From an uncultured Bacilli bacterium (GTDB lineage: Bacteria > Bacillota_I > Bacilli_A > RF39 > UBA660): a DNA stretch of 58,680 bases. Made by a program: the position numbers and the translations under genes. This document shows, in pieces, positions 16,474 through 25,825 of the stretch. A model generated the notes under the pieces. It searched no databases. It was not told where the DNA came from and saw nothing but the letters and a program-made list of their open reading frames with translations. The stretch spans positions 1 through 58,680 of the forward strand of contig CAKOMC010000002.1 of NCBI GenBank assembly GCA_934096535.1. The letters run 5' to 3'. Numbering within the stretch: the first letter of the stretch is position 1; each line of letters starts with the position of its first letter.

Positions 16474-18180
16474 ATGAAAATAAAATCCTTTTCTGTTTCA
16501 AATTATAGAAGTATTACTCGAGCACATAAAATAAAACTTCACGATTTAACCATTTTAGTTGGGAAAAATAACGAAGGAAAATCAAATATAATTAAGGCTT
16601 TATCGTTGAGTATGAAAATCTTGAATTCAAATGCTATGCTTGCAAAAAAGTATCGCCTTCCTTTTACAATAACTTCTAGATTTCTTGATAGTTATGATTA
16701 TAAATGGGTAAGAGATTTTCCAGTAGAAAGTCAGCAAAAAGAAGGCGGTAATAAAAGTACTAAATTTGAGTTGGAATTTGAATTAAATGATGATGAACGA
16801 AAAAAATTTAATAAAGAAGTAGGAACAACATTAACTACCTCTAATTTTGATGTAACAATTGAAATTGGCAACAATAATCATGCCGTAATAAAGGTAATGA
16901 AAAAAGGTTCAGCTAAAATAAAAGATAAGAGCATTAGTGTTTGTGAATTTGTAGCTGAAAATTTAGTTTTTAATTATATTCCTGCTATTAGAACCGAGAC
17001 TCAGGCTATTCGTTTAATTGAAGATACGATATCATCTGAATTAAAAACGGTTGAAGATAAAGAAGAGTATAAAAAGGCCATAGCTACTATTTCTAGATTG
17101 CAAAAGGAACCACTTGATAAAATTGCTACTAAGGTTAAAAAAACACTATCAGATTTTATACCATCAATTGAAGATGTTAAAATCGAAATTGAAGAAAATA
17201 TACGAAGGTATTCTTTAAGGAGAGATGTTGGTGTATTTATTAATGATGGAGTAATGACAAATATTGAATATAAAGGTGATGGTATTAAAAGTTTAGCTAC
17301 TTTAGCTATGTTAACAGACAGATATAATGTTGAACAGTCATCGATAATAGCGATAGACGAACCAGAGGCCCATTTGCATCCTGGATCTATTAGACAACTT
17401 AATACTGTTTTACAAGGACTTGTAAAAAATAATCAAGTAATTATATCAACTCATAATCCTTTATTTATAAATAAAAGCGATATATCATCTAATGTTATTG
17501 TTTCTTCTGGTAAAGCAACTCCAGCCAAGAGTATTAAAGATATTAGAGCTACCTTAGGTGTTGAGTTGTCTGATAATTTAATTTCATGTAATTTTATAGT
17601 ATTTGTAGAAGGTTTATCTGATAAGCGTATTATTGAAAGTTTATTGTGCTGTGATAAAGATATAAAAAGAGCAATAGATAATTCTTTACTTTCTGTTGAT
17701 GCTTTACATGGCACTGGTAATTTAGTTACAAAATTGTATGAAAGTCATAATACAATGTTTGATTATTATGCGTTTTTAGATGGAGATAGTGCGGGTAAAA
17801 GTGCATATAAGGAAGCCTTAGATAAAAAACTGATAAATTTATCACAAATATCTTTTACTTCCCGCAAGGGAAAAAAAGAATCTGAATTAGAAGATTTGAT
17901 TAATCCTGATATTTATCTCGAAAAAATAAATAGTGAATGTAGCATTAATATTACTAATGATGACCTTAAATCTATGAAAAAATGGTCTGAACAAATAAAA
18001 CAACTTTTCTTAGAAAAAGGCAAACCTTGGGATAAAAACATCGAAGATGAATTAAAAACTATCGTAGCCGACACAGTATGTGAAAAGATAAAAGAAGGCA
18101 ATGATGTATTATTAGATTTTGGCAAAGAATGTATTGAAACATTTATAGAAAATATTAAAAGATTTATTTCTAAGAATTAA
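16474..18180 (+). CDS. OLD-family ATP-dependent nuclease (ABC-type ATPase plus Toprim)
   Basis: Walker A GKNNEGKS, Walker B IIAIDEPEAHLHP, Toprim FVEGLSDKRII and FLDGDSAGK. I moved the start to ATG 16474 (MKIKSFSVSNYRSI). The track ORF starts at TTG 16456. Confidence 0.88.
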   Translation: MKIKSFSVSNYRSITRAHKIKLHDLTILVGKNNEGKSNIIKALSLSMKILNSNAMLAKKYRLPFTITSRFLDSYDYKWVRDFPVESQQKEGGNKSTKFELEFELNDDERKKFNKEVGTTLTTSNFDVTIEIGNNNHAVIKVMKKGSAKIKDKSISVCEFVAENLVFNYIPAIRTETQAIRLIEDTISSELKTVEDKEEYKKAIATISRLQKEPLDKIATKVKKTLSDFIPSIEDVKIEIEENIRRYSLRRDVGVFINDGVMTNIEYKGDGIKSLATLAMLTDRYNVEQSSIIAIDEPEAHLHPGSIRQLNTVLQGLVKNNQVIISTHNPLFINKSDISSNVIVSSGKATPAKSIKDIRATLGVELSDNLISCNFIVFVEGLSDKRIIESLLCCDKDIKRAIDNSLLSVDALHGTGNLVTKLYESHNTMFDYYAFLDGDSAGKSAYKEALDKKLINLSQISFTSRKGKKESELEDLINPDIYLEKINSECSINITNDDLKSMKKWSEQIKQLFLEKGKPWDKNIEDELKTIVADTVCEKIKEGNDVLLDFGKECIETFIENIKRFISKN

Positions 18181-18310
18181 TTAAATAGATAATATATTTT
18201 TGTCAGTATCACAAATAATAATTGGTAATAATAAAGCATTAATTAATAAATAATCCATATTTAAAAGGTTTGATTGTTTAGAAGTTATATAATACCAAAA
18301 TTAATTAGTA

Positions 18311-18340
18311 ATAAGATGTTAAGAAGCGTCTTATTTTTTT
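18311..18340 (+). terminator. Terminator after the OLD nuclease gene
   Basis: ataagatg (18311-18318) pairs with cgtcttat (18327-18334), followed by T7. Confidence 0.55.
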
Positions 18341-18416
18341 CTTAAGATAAAAATAAAGTTGAAATTTATGTTATAATCAAATAGAAATTATTGTTATTAG
18401 TTAGGAAGTGTTTAAT

Positions 18417-19997
18417 ATGTCTTATAGAAATTATTATAGGGTAGTAATATCTAATGATTTTTTAGGAGTTAGTAAAGAAATAAGTGCTCCAAATAGATAT
18501 GAGTTAGAAAGAAAAGTTGAAAACCAAAAAAGAATATGGCAAGAAAAAATGGACCGGGAAATAGTTAAACATAGTAAAGAACAAACAAAAAGACAGGCAG
18601 AGCGTTTAACCGAAAACGACCAAGAAATAATGAGTCAATATGAATCTATTATTAAAAATATTTGTAAAAAAAGTTCTAATGCATATTATGATTCATTATT
18701 AAAAAATGATAAATATAAACCATTTACTACCAAATTAATAGAGCCAGATTTAGAAAAAATTTATGCAGAGTTACAAGTTCCATATCCAAGTTTTTGGGAA
18801 AAAATATTTAAAAGTAAATTAGAAAAAAGATTAACCCAAGAAGAAAATGCTAAGGAATTATATAAAGCAAGAAAAGATTATTATGATAAAGAGTTAGAAA
18901 ATCAAAAAAGAATTTATGAAAATGAAAAAAATAAGTTTATAGAAGAACAAAATAATCATAATAAGACTATTTCTCAGAATAAAAATAAGTATCAGAATGG
19001 TGATATTCCAGAGATAGAAAAATATTTTTCATTTGTACTTGATAGTAGTATATATCCAGCAGAATTTATAAAAGACTTTGAATTGCAATATATTAAAGAA
19101 AATAAAATTTTAGTAGTATCATATTATTTGCCTAATGAAGACCTCGTTCCTAGAACAATTCAACATAAATATATTGCGACTAAAAATAAGATTGAAGAAA
19201 TTAAATTAAATGATAAAAAATTTGAAAAATTTTACAATGATGTTATATATATGTGCTCATTAAGAACAATTAAAGAATTATTTTCTTCAGACGATTTAAA
19301 TTATATAGATACGGTAGTTTATAATGGATGGTTAAAATATATTGATAAAAGCACAGGTAATAATGCTGAAAGCTGTATATTAACTGTTGAGGTAAATAAG
19401 AGTAGATTTGAGGAAATTAATTTAGATAATGTTGATTATAAGTCTTGTATTAAGGGATTAAAAGGTATTTTTGCTCCTAGTGCTTTAATGCTTACTCCTG
19501 TTGTTCCGTATTTGAATATAAATAGAAATGATAAAAGATTTATAGAGAGCAAAGAAGTTAATAATATAACAATGGACGGATTTAATTTGGCAACAATGCC
19601 TTGGGAAGATTTTGAATATTTTGTTAGAGAATTATTTGATAAAATGTTTAATGCCAATGGCGGTGAAGTAAAAGTAACTAGGGCCAGCCATGATGGAGGA
19701 GTTGATGCGATTGCCTTTGATGATTACCCAATAAGAGGTGGTAAGTTTGTTATTCAAGCCAAAAGATATAATAATGTTGTACCGGTTTCGGCAGTTAGAG
19801 ATTTATATGGAACAATGATTCATGAAGGGGCAACTAAGGGTATTTTAGTAACAACTAGCTTTTATGGAAAAGAATCTTATGATTTTGCCAAAGATAAGCC
19901 AATAACTTTAATAGACGGTCAAGCCTTACTAGGATTATTAAACAAATATGGATATTCAAATTTAACTATAAAAATTGATAAACATCAAGAAAATTAA
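18417..19997 (+). CDS. Coiled-coil protein with a C-terminal Mrr-type (PD-(D/E)xK) restriction endonuclease domain
   Basis: C-terminal WEDFEYFVRELF...SHDGGVDAIAF...FVIQAKRY...LYGTM...GILVTTS. The N-terminal ~200 aa are K/E-rich. ATG 18417 follows AGGAAG. The track starts at GTG 18408. Confidence 0.8.
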   Translation: MSYRNYYRVVISNDFLGVSKEISAPNRYELERKVENQKRIWQEKMDREIVKHSKEQTKRQAERLTENDQEIMSQYESIIKNICKKSSNAYYDSLLKNDKYKPFTTKLIEPDLEKIYAELQVPYPSFWEKIFKSKLEKRLTQEENAKELYKARKDYYDKELENQKRIYENEKNKFIEEQNNHNKTISQNKNKYQNGDIPEIEKYFSFVLDSSIYPAEFIKDFELQYIKENKILVVSYYLPNEDLVPRTIQHKYIATKNKIEEIKLNDKKFEKFYNDVIYMCSLRTIKELFSSDDLNYIDTVVYNGWLKYIDKSTGNNAESCILTVEVNKSRFEEINLDNVDYKSCIKGLKGIFAPSALMLTPVVPYLNINRNDKRFIESKEVNNITMDGFNLATMPWEDFEYFVRELFDKMFNANGGEVKVTRASHDGGVDAIAFDDYPIRGGKFVIQAKRYNNVVPVSAVRDLYGTMIHEGATKGILVTTSFYGKESYDFAKDKPITLIDGQALLGLLNKYGYSNLTIKIDKHQEN

Positions 19998-20087
19998 TAA
20001 CCGTTGTTATGAAGGGTATTTTAAAAAGATTAGAAAAATATGATAAAGAATTAGTAATAAAAACTAATGAATTAGAGGAACATTAAT

Positions 20088-20630
20088 ATGTCATTAGAAA
20101 AAGTAGAAAACTGTAATAAATGTAGTTTATGTCAAAATCAAAGACCTTTATTAGATAAAGAAAATAGATGTGATGTTATGTGGGTGGGTTTATCGGCTAA
20201 AAGAGTTGATGATCTAAATAAATCTATTCCTCTAAGTAATGATACTAATAGTGGTAAAATTATTGAATTAATTGAACATGAATTACCAGATTTAAAATTT
20301 TATAAAACTAATTTAGTTAAGTGTTTGCCATTAGATGAAAATAATAAGTTAAGATATCCAACTTCCAAAGAAATGCAAGCTTGTATAAATAATTTACTTA
20401 TAGAAATAGATATCTTAAATCCTAAAATAATTCTGGTTTTAGGAAAACTAACCTTTAATTTTATTGAAAAGTATTTTATAAAAAATAATATAGATAAAAG
20501 TAAACTTACTTTTGCTGAACATCCATCTTATATTTATGTTTATAAAAGAAAATATATAGATGATTATATTAATAAAATTGTTGATATATGTATTCATCAA
20601 TGCTGCCAAAAAGGAACACTTAATAAATAA
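20088..20630 (+). CDS. Uracil-DNA glycosylase superfamily protein (divergent, family 4/5-like)
   Basis: N-terminal CNKCSLC, VMWVGLSAK in place of the GE(A/G)PG or GLAPA motif, a conserved NLVKC region, and C-terminal EHPSYI (HPS motif). Confidence 0.65.
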   Translation: MSLEKVENCNKCSLCQNQRPLLDKENRCDVMWVGLSAKRVDDLNKSIPLSNDTNSGKIIELIEHELPDLKFYKTNLVKCLPLDENNKLRYPTSKEMQACINNLLIEIDILNPKIILVLGKLTFNFIEKYFIKNNIDKSKLTFAEHPSYIYVYKRKYIDDYINKIVDICIHQCCQKGTLNK

Positions 20631-20732
20631 TTGTGAATACTCGTCACATTTAACCATTTTACCTTTACAAACTAATTAAATATGCTATTATGAGATTGTT
20701 AGTTTAACTAATTAGAAGTAGGATTTATAATT

Positions 20733-21710
20733 ATGAAAAAGAGAGAAAAAATAATCAAAGGCTTAGTTTTTTTGAGTACTTTATTATTAAGTGTGAATGT
20801 TCAAATCGTAAATGCAACGGCAGGTAAATTAAGAAGTCGAAGTATCATAACCTGTAACGGTACTATGTATGGTAAACATGGAGATGGTCATTGGCACCAA
20901 GCGGTAAAACATAAAAGTGGATATTACCCAGTTGGCAGTCCTGTAACACCGCCCTGTTTAAATACTAATAATAGTAATAAAAATAATAACAGTATTAAAA
21001 GTAATAAAAAATCAAGTAGTAGCACTTCAGTTAACACAAAAACAGAAAAAAGGGCTAATCTGGATATTGAAAACATTAGAATAAATGATGAAAAAATAGA
21101 TACTATTAAAAATACTATGACTTACACAACTTATGCAGAAAATATTGATTTAGAAGTAATTCCCAAAGATTCGAAAGCTACTGTAAAAATTACTGGGAGT
21201 CTTGATAACTTAGAAGTAAATAAGCCAAGAAAAATAAATATAAGCATCACCAATTTAACAAAATCTAAAAATTATACTCTAAAAATTATTAGAAAAGTTA
21301 ATCTTGATACTGCTAAAATTAGTCTTAATAACAAAGAACTTGATTTAAGCAATGAAGATTTAAATATTACTGTAAAAGATAAAAAATTAAATTTTAATTT
21401 AGAAAATACTAAAGATATGGCATTAAAAATATATAAAAATGATAATGAGATAGTAGGAAATTCTGATACAATAGAGGAAACTGCAACTTATAAATTAGTT
21501 CTTAATACTACAGATAATCAAACTAAAAGTTTTAATTTAAAAGTTAATTATATAGAAGATAATACTAAAAAAATAACTGATTCTTCTAAAATAGATAATA
21601 ATAATTTAGAAAAAGAAAAGACTAATTCTAAAGAAGGTTTAGGAATAACTATTACTACCATATTAGCTATTACTTTTATTTATTGTTATTTAATAAAGAA
21701 TAAAAAATAA
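20733..21710 (+). CDS. Secreted, membrane-anchored surface protein with beta-sandwich repeats
   Basis: Signal peptide LVFLSTLLLSVNVQIVNA, an S/N-rich linker, repeated segments resembling cadherin-like beta-sandwich domains, and a C-terminal TM with a basic tail (ITITTILAITFIYCYLIKNKK). Confidence 0.6.
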   Translation: MKKREKIIKGLVFLSTLLLSVNVQIVNATAGKLRSRSIITCNGTMYGKHGDGHWHQAVKHKSGYYPVGSPVTPPCLNTNNSNKNNNSIKSNKKSSSSTSVNTKTEKRANLDIENIRINDEKIDTIKNTMTYTTYAENIDLEVIPKDSKATVKITGSLDNLEVNKPRKINISITNLTKSKNYTLKIIRKVNLDTAKISLNNKELDLSNEDLNITVKDKKLNFNLENTKDMALKIYKNDNEIVGNSDTIEETATYKLVLNTTDNQTKSFNLKVNYIEDNTKKITDSSKIDNNNLEKEKTNSKEGLGITITTILAITFIYCYLIKNKK

Positions 21711-21800
21711 AAATAGGAACATAATACTATAAATTGAAAGTTGATTATTAAAAAATTGATTTGTAGTTTAAATAAGACATAGAAATGGAGAATAAAATCT

Positions 21801-22238
21801 ATGACTAAATTAGATGAAAGAGAAAAACAATTAAAAGAAAATACGAAAAGGAATGAAAATTATCTAAAAATATTTGAAAAAAGCTTAGAAGAAAAACAGC
21901 TTACAGCTAAAACCATTAGAAAGCATGTATCTAACATTGATTTCTATTTAAACGATTATCTTACATATTATGATGAAATTATTAAAATGGAAGACGGCAC
22001 ACAGTATACCGGATCATTTCTAGGGGATTGGTTTATTAGAAAAGCTATGTGGGCTTCAAAGTCATCTATTAAAGAAATGGCTTCTTCTTTAAAAAAGTTC
22101 TATGAATATATGAGTGCATTGGGTTTCGTTAAAATAAGTGATTATCAAGAGATGTGTTATGAAATTAAAGATAACATGGATCTTTATCTTGAAAATTTAG
22201 AAGATTATGATAATGGTACTTTTGACTTTCTATTCTAA
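21801..22238 (+). CDS. Hypothetical cytoplasmic protein, 145 aa
   Basis: ORF preceded by GGAG. No motif confidently recognised. Confidence 0.5.
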   Translation: MTKLDEREKQLKENTKRNENYLKIFEKSLEEKQLTAKTIRKHVSNIDFYLNDYLTYYDEIIKMEDGTQYTGSFLGDWFIRKAMWASKSSIKEMASSLKKFYEYMSALGFVKISDYQEMCYEIKDNMDLYLENLEDYDNGTFDFLF

Positions 22239-22378
22239 AAAGACCAAAATAGGCCTTATAAATTTACCATATATAAACTTAAAGGCCATATTGACAAAAA
22301 ATATGTAAAAAATGCTGATAAAACTTGCAAAATAAAAAACTTAATAGTAAAATGAAAAAAGAAGAGAGGAAGATGAAT

Positions 22379-22915
22379 ATGGAAAATATGAAGAAGTTTT
22401 TATTCTTATTTGTAGCTGTATTACTTACAACAGTAAGTGTAAATGCTATGTCTAAGGATGAATTAAAAGACAAACTAACAAAATCTTACACAATTAACGG
22501 AGTAACTTACCAATTAAATAATGGTAATGCCAATACGGTAAAAAGTTATTTAGAACAAAACGAAGTTAGTGAATCAGATTGCGACTATATTTCTGCACAA
22601 GTTGATAAAGCTGTAGAAATTATTGAAAAAGCTAATGTATCTGATTTATCTAAATTAAGTACAAGCACTAAAAATGAATTAAAAGCATTAGTAAATAATG
22701 TTGGTGCTAACACTAAAGTTCCAGTAAGCATTAATAATGGAAAATTATTCGTTGGTTATGTAGATGAACCTACTAAAGCATTCTACAATGACAAAGTAAA
22801 TGTTAAAACAGATGTTAAGTATACTAATGGAAACTTAGTAATTACAATTGCTTCAGTAGTTGCTATTATCGGAATCGCAACAATTGCTGTAAAAGCAAAA
22901 AAACAAAATGCTTAA
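22379..22915 (+). CDS. Secreted protein with a C-terminal hydrophobic anchor and basic tail (possible sortase substrate)
   Basis: Signal peptide MENMKKFLFLFVAVLLTTVSVNA. C-terminus KYTNGNLVITIASVVAIIGIATIAVKAKKQNA. Start chosen after AGAGGA. The track ORF begins at TTG 22325. Confidence 0.6.
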   Translation: MENMKKFLFLFVAVLLTTVSVNAMSKDELKDKLTKSYTINGVTYQLNNGNANTVKSYLEQNEVSESDCDYISAQVDKAVEIIEKANVSDLSKLSTSTKNELKALVNNVGANTKVPVSINNGKLFVGYVDEPTKAFYNDKVNVKTDVKYTNGNLVITIASVVAIIGIATIAVKAKKQNA

Positions 22916-23561
22916 TTTACTGAAAAAAAGTGGGAAAGTGATTGTTAGAGAGTTAGCAATCGCTTTTTTCTTTGCTTCCCTCTTAGTCTTACTTGTTAAT
23001 TTTACCTTGAATGAGAAAATTGCTACCTATATCAATCTCTTTAATAAAGTAGCGGTAAGAGAGACTAAAAACACAACAAGTAGCGATTTATCCAATATTA
23101 AAATTGATTCCGAAACAAAAAGACTAAGTCCGATTCCCGCCTATGGCGAAACATTTGGTACTATAAATATTCCAGATATAGATAGAACTATTAAGCTATA
23201 TAATGGCGACTCCCTAAGTATTATTAAAAATGGGGCTGGGCGTTATATTGGGTCCTTTTTCCCAGGGGAAGGCTTACCAATTATCATTGCGGCTCATAAT
23301 AGTATGCGTGATTTTGGCCTTCTTCCTAAACTAGTAAATGGTTCCAAAATTTATATCGATACCTATTATGGTAAGTATACCTATGAAGTTTATGATTATG
23401 GAATTTATATTGATAAAGACCTTAATAAAAGATTTAATACCTTTTTAGAAGAAGATGGCGAAAGAATTTTATTATATACTTGCTATCCAATTAACGGTGT
23501 CGGGTATCGTTACCAAAGATATGTTGTGTTTGCTAAAAAAATAGAAGGGAAAGACCTATGA
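22908..23561 (+). CDS. Sortase family transpeptidase
   Basis: N-terminal TM. Catalytic His in IIIAAHNS, Cys in LLYTCYP, Arg in RYQRYVVFA. Confidence 0.8.
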   Translation: MLNLLKKSGKVIVRELAIAFFFASLLVLLVNFTLNEKIATYINLFNKVAVRETKNTTSSDLSNIKIDSETKRLSPIPAYGETFGTINIPDIDRTIKLYNGDSLSIIKNGAGRYIGSFFPGEGLPIIIAAHNSMRDFGLLPKLVNGSKIYIDTYYGKYTYEVYDYGIYIDKDLNKRFNTFLEEDGERILLYTCYPINGVGYRYQRYVVFAKKIEGKDL

Positions 23562-24838
23562 AAACATTTTTAAGTTATACTATGAAATTTATTCAAAGTA
23601 TTAGTTTTTTCCTTCTAAGTTTGGGTCTTATTCTTATCCTTACGGTCTTTAATGAAGATTATGTTCTTGATTTATTAGATAATCATAACTATTATCAAGA
23701 ATTATATGATAATACCTTAGAAGAAGTATCATATTATTTAGAACAGTCGGGTTTAAATGAAGAAGTTTTAAAAAATGTTATTACTGTTAAATCTTTAAAA
23801 ACAAGTATCATTACTACTATTGATAATCTATATAATAATAAGAAAATAACTGTTGATACGGAAGAATTTCAAAAGAACTTAACGACTAATATTAATAATT
23901 ATATTAAAGATAATAATATTCGGGTTGATGATAAAGATACGGTAAATCTTTTAACTAAAAAATTAGTCAATATTTATGAAGAAGAAATATCTTATAATAA
24001 TACTTTTGAAAAGGTAAGACCACTATTTAATAAGGCGTATAAATTAACCAAAATAGTCTTAGTAATAAGTTTAATTACTTCAATAATTACTTATTTAATA
24101 AATCGTTATTTCTTTAAAGATCGTAATATTATTGCCTCTTTATTTACTAACTTTGTTATTCTAATTGGTTTAGTATTATATGTTAGATATACCATTAGTA
24201 TAAGTGATATTTTCTTTTATAACACCTCAATTAGTAATGTCTTAAAAGAATTTATTAATAGTGTTTTAAAATGCATGACGGTAACGGGAGTAGTATCCTT
24301 TATCTTAGGACTTCTTATAGTCTTTATAACTACGGGTACTTTTAAAGCGTTAAGACAAAATAAAAAGATATTTCATACTATTTTAGTTATTATTTGGATG
24401 GTTATAATATTTAACTTTTCTAGTCAAAATGGCCCTAAATCTACTAAGACTAGTGATGTTGTAACAAGTATGGTTGTAAATGTTACTACTAGTGTTACAA
24501 ATAAAGATATTCCTAGGGAAGAAGTAAAGCAAAGAATAGAAGATAGTACCTTTATAGTGCGGAAGATGGCTCATTTTACAGAATACTTAATTCTTGGAAT
24601 TTTAGTATTACAATTATTAAGTGATTATACGAAAATAAATAAAAGAGTCTTAATTATTAGCTTTCTTATTTGCTATCTTTATGCCATTAGTGATGAAATC
24701 CATCAAATATTTATTCCAGGAAGAACGGCTAAAGTATTAGATACCTTTATAGATGGAACTGGCTCTTTAGTTGGTATCATCCTTTATAGTATTTATTTTA
24801 ATAAATGTCGAAAAATGTCGGAAATTGAGGTACGATAA
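23558..24838 (+). CDS. Membrane protein with a C-terminal VanZ-like domain
   Basis: RKMAHFTEYLILG...ISDEIHQIFIPGRTAKVLDTFIDGTGSLVG. ATGA overlap with the sortase gene. Confidence 0.75.
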   Translation: MKTFLSYTMKFIQSISFFLLSLGLILILTVFNEDYVLDLLDNHNYYQELYDNTLEEVSYYLEQSGLNEEVLKNVITVKSLKTSIITTIDNLYNNKKITVDTEEFQKNLTTNINNYIKDNNIRVDDKDTVNLLTKKLVNIYEEEISYNNTFEKVRPLFNKAYKLTKIVLVISLITSIITYLINRYFFKDRNIIASLFTNFVILIGLVLYVRYTISISDIFFYNTSISNVLKEFINSVLKCMTVTGVVSFILGLLIVFITTGTFKALRQNKKIFHTILVIIWMVIIFNFSSQNGPKSTKTSDVVTSMVVNVTTSVTNKDIPREEVKQRIEDSTFIVRKMAHFTEYLILGILVLQLLSDYTKINKRVLIISFLICYLYAISDEIHQIFIPGRTAKVLDTFIDGTGSLVGIILYSIYFNKCRKMSEIEVR

Positions 24839-24887
24839 TTAGTTATAAAAATGTTTGGGTTTGTTATAATAATTTTAAGGAGAGTAT

Positions 24888-25013
24888 ATGTTATTGATAA
24901 TATTAATAGGTCTAATCGTTTTCATGCTATGGTGCATGTTAAAATGTAGTGCCGAGGCCCAAAAATTAGAAGATAAAATGTTAAAAAACACAATAAAAAT
25001 CAAGAAAAACTAA
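24888..25013 (+). CDS. Possible small membrane peptide, 41 aa (not in the ORF track)
   Basis: AAGGAG 7 nt upstream of ATG 24888. Product MLLIILIGLIVFMLWCMLKCSAEAQKLEDKMLKNTIKIKKN. TTGTTATAAT lies upstream. Confidence 0.3.
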   Translation: MLLIILIGLIVFMLWCMLKCSAEAQKLEDKMLKNTIKIKKN

Positions 25014-25069
25014 ATAAGAAATAAAAGAAAACTTACTTACCATTCTTGATAAAATGTTGTGTTTTTTGC

Positions 25070-25098
25070 TTGCCATAAAGTATAACTTATTATATAAT
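25070..25098 (+). promoter_or_regulatory. Sigma-A promoter of the cpsCDB-like operon
   Basis: TTGCCA at 25070-25075, a 17-nt spacer, then TATAAT at 25093-25098. Confidence 0.6.
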
Positions 25099-25120
25099 AA
25101 TGGGAGTTAAGAGGGAATAT

Positions 25121-25825
25121 ATGGAAGAGATTAATTTAAAAGAATTGTTTGACTATTTTGTGAGTAAATGGTTTATAATTGCCATTACGAGCCTAGTTTT
25201 TGTTGTAGTAGGAGCATCTTACACCGTATTTTTAAAAAAACCAATGTATAATTCATATACAACAATGGTATTAACTACTAATAATGAAAATTCTAATACT
25301 AACCAATCAATTACTCAAAGTGATATTACTTTAAATAAAAACTTAATATCTAACTATCGAGTAATTATGAAATCACATAGTATTTTAAATCAAGTAATTA
25401 ATAACTTAGACTTAAACACATCAGCTGAACAATTAAAAAAGATGGTAAATGTTACCACCGAAGATGATACAGAGATTATTCGTATTTCTGTTAATAGCGA
25501 AAATGCTGAAAATGCTAGAGATGTTTCTAATGAAATAGCAAGAGTGTTTTCCAATGATGTAGCTAGATACTATAGCATTAAAAATGTGGCTATAGTTGAT
25601 TATGCCGAGGTAGCAAGTAATCCTTATAACATTAGTTTACTTAAGACTACGGTTTTAGCCTTGCTAGTGGGTGTTGTACTTGCCTGTGCAGTCATATTTA
25701 TTATGTTCTATTTCGATACAACTATTAAGAGTGTTGAAGAAATTGAAAGTAAGATTGGACTACCAACATTAGGAGTTGTTCCACTTAAATATGTACCAAA
25801 AGAGAAGAAAGGAAAAAGAAAATGA
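25121..25825 (+). CDS. cpsC: Chain-length determinant / tyrosine-kinase modulator (Wzz domain; CpsC/YwqC-like)
   Basis: Two TM segments flank a soluble loop. I moved the start to ATG 25121 after GAGGG, because the track start at 25100 sits next to the promoter -10. Confidence 0.85.
   Translation: MEEINLKELFDYFVSKWFIIAITSLVFVVVGASYTVFLKKPMYNSYTTMVLTTNNENSNTNQSITQSDITLNKNLISNYRVIMKSHSILNQVINNLDLNTSAEQLKKMVNVTTEDDTEIIRISVNSENAENARDVSNEIARVFSNDVARYYSIKNVAIVDYAEVASNPYNISLLKTTVLALLVGVVLACAVIFIMFYFDTTIKSVEEIESKIGLPTLGVVPLKYVPKEKKGKRK

Noticed and set aside
16474-19997. A Gabija (GajA/GajB) system.
   Set aside because: The gene after the OLD nuclease has no helicase motifs. It is an Mrr-type nuclease, separated by a terminator and its own promoter.
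20643-20659. TGTGA-N7-TCACA inverted repeat just after the UDG-like gene, as a CRP-type site.
   Set aside because: The spacing is 7 rather than 6. Its position immediately 3' of a stop codon fits a weak terminator hairpin better than an operator.
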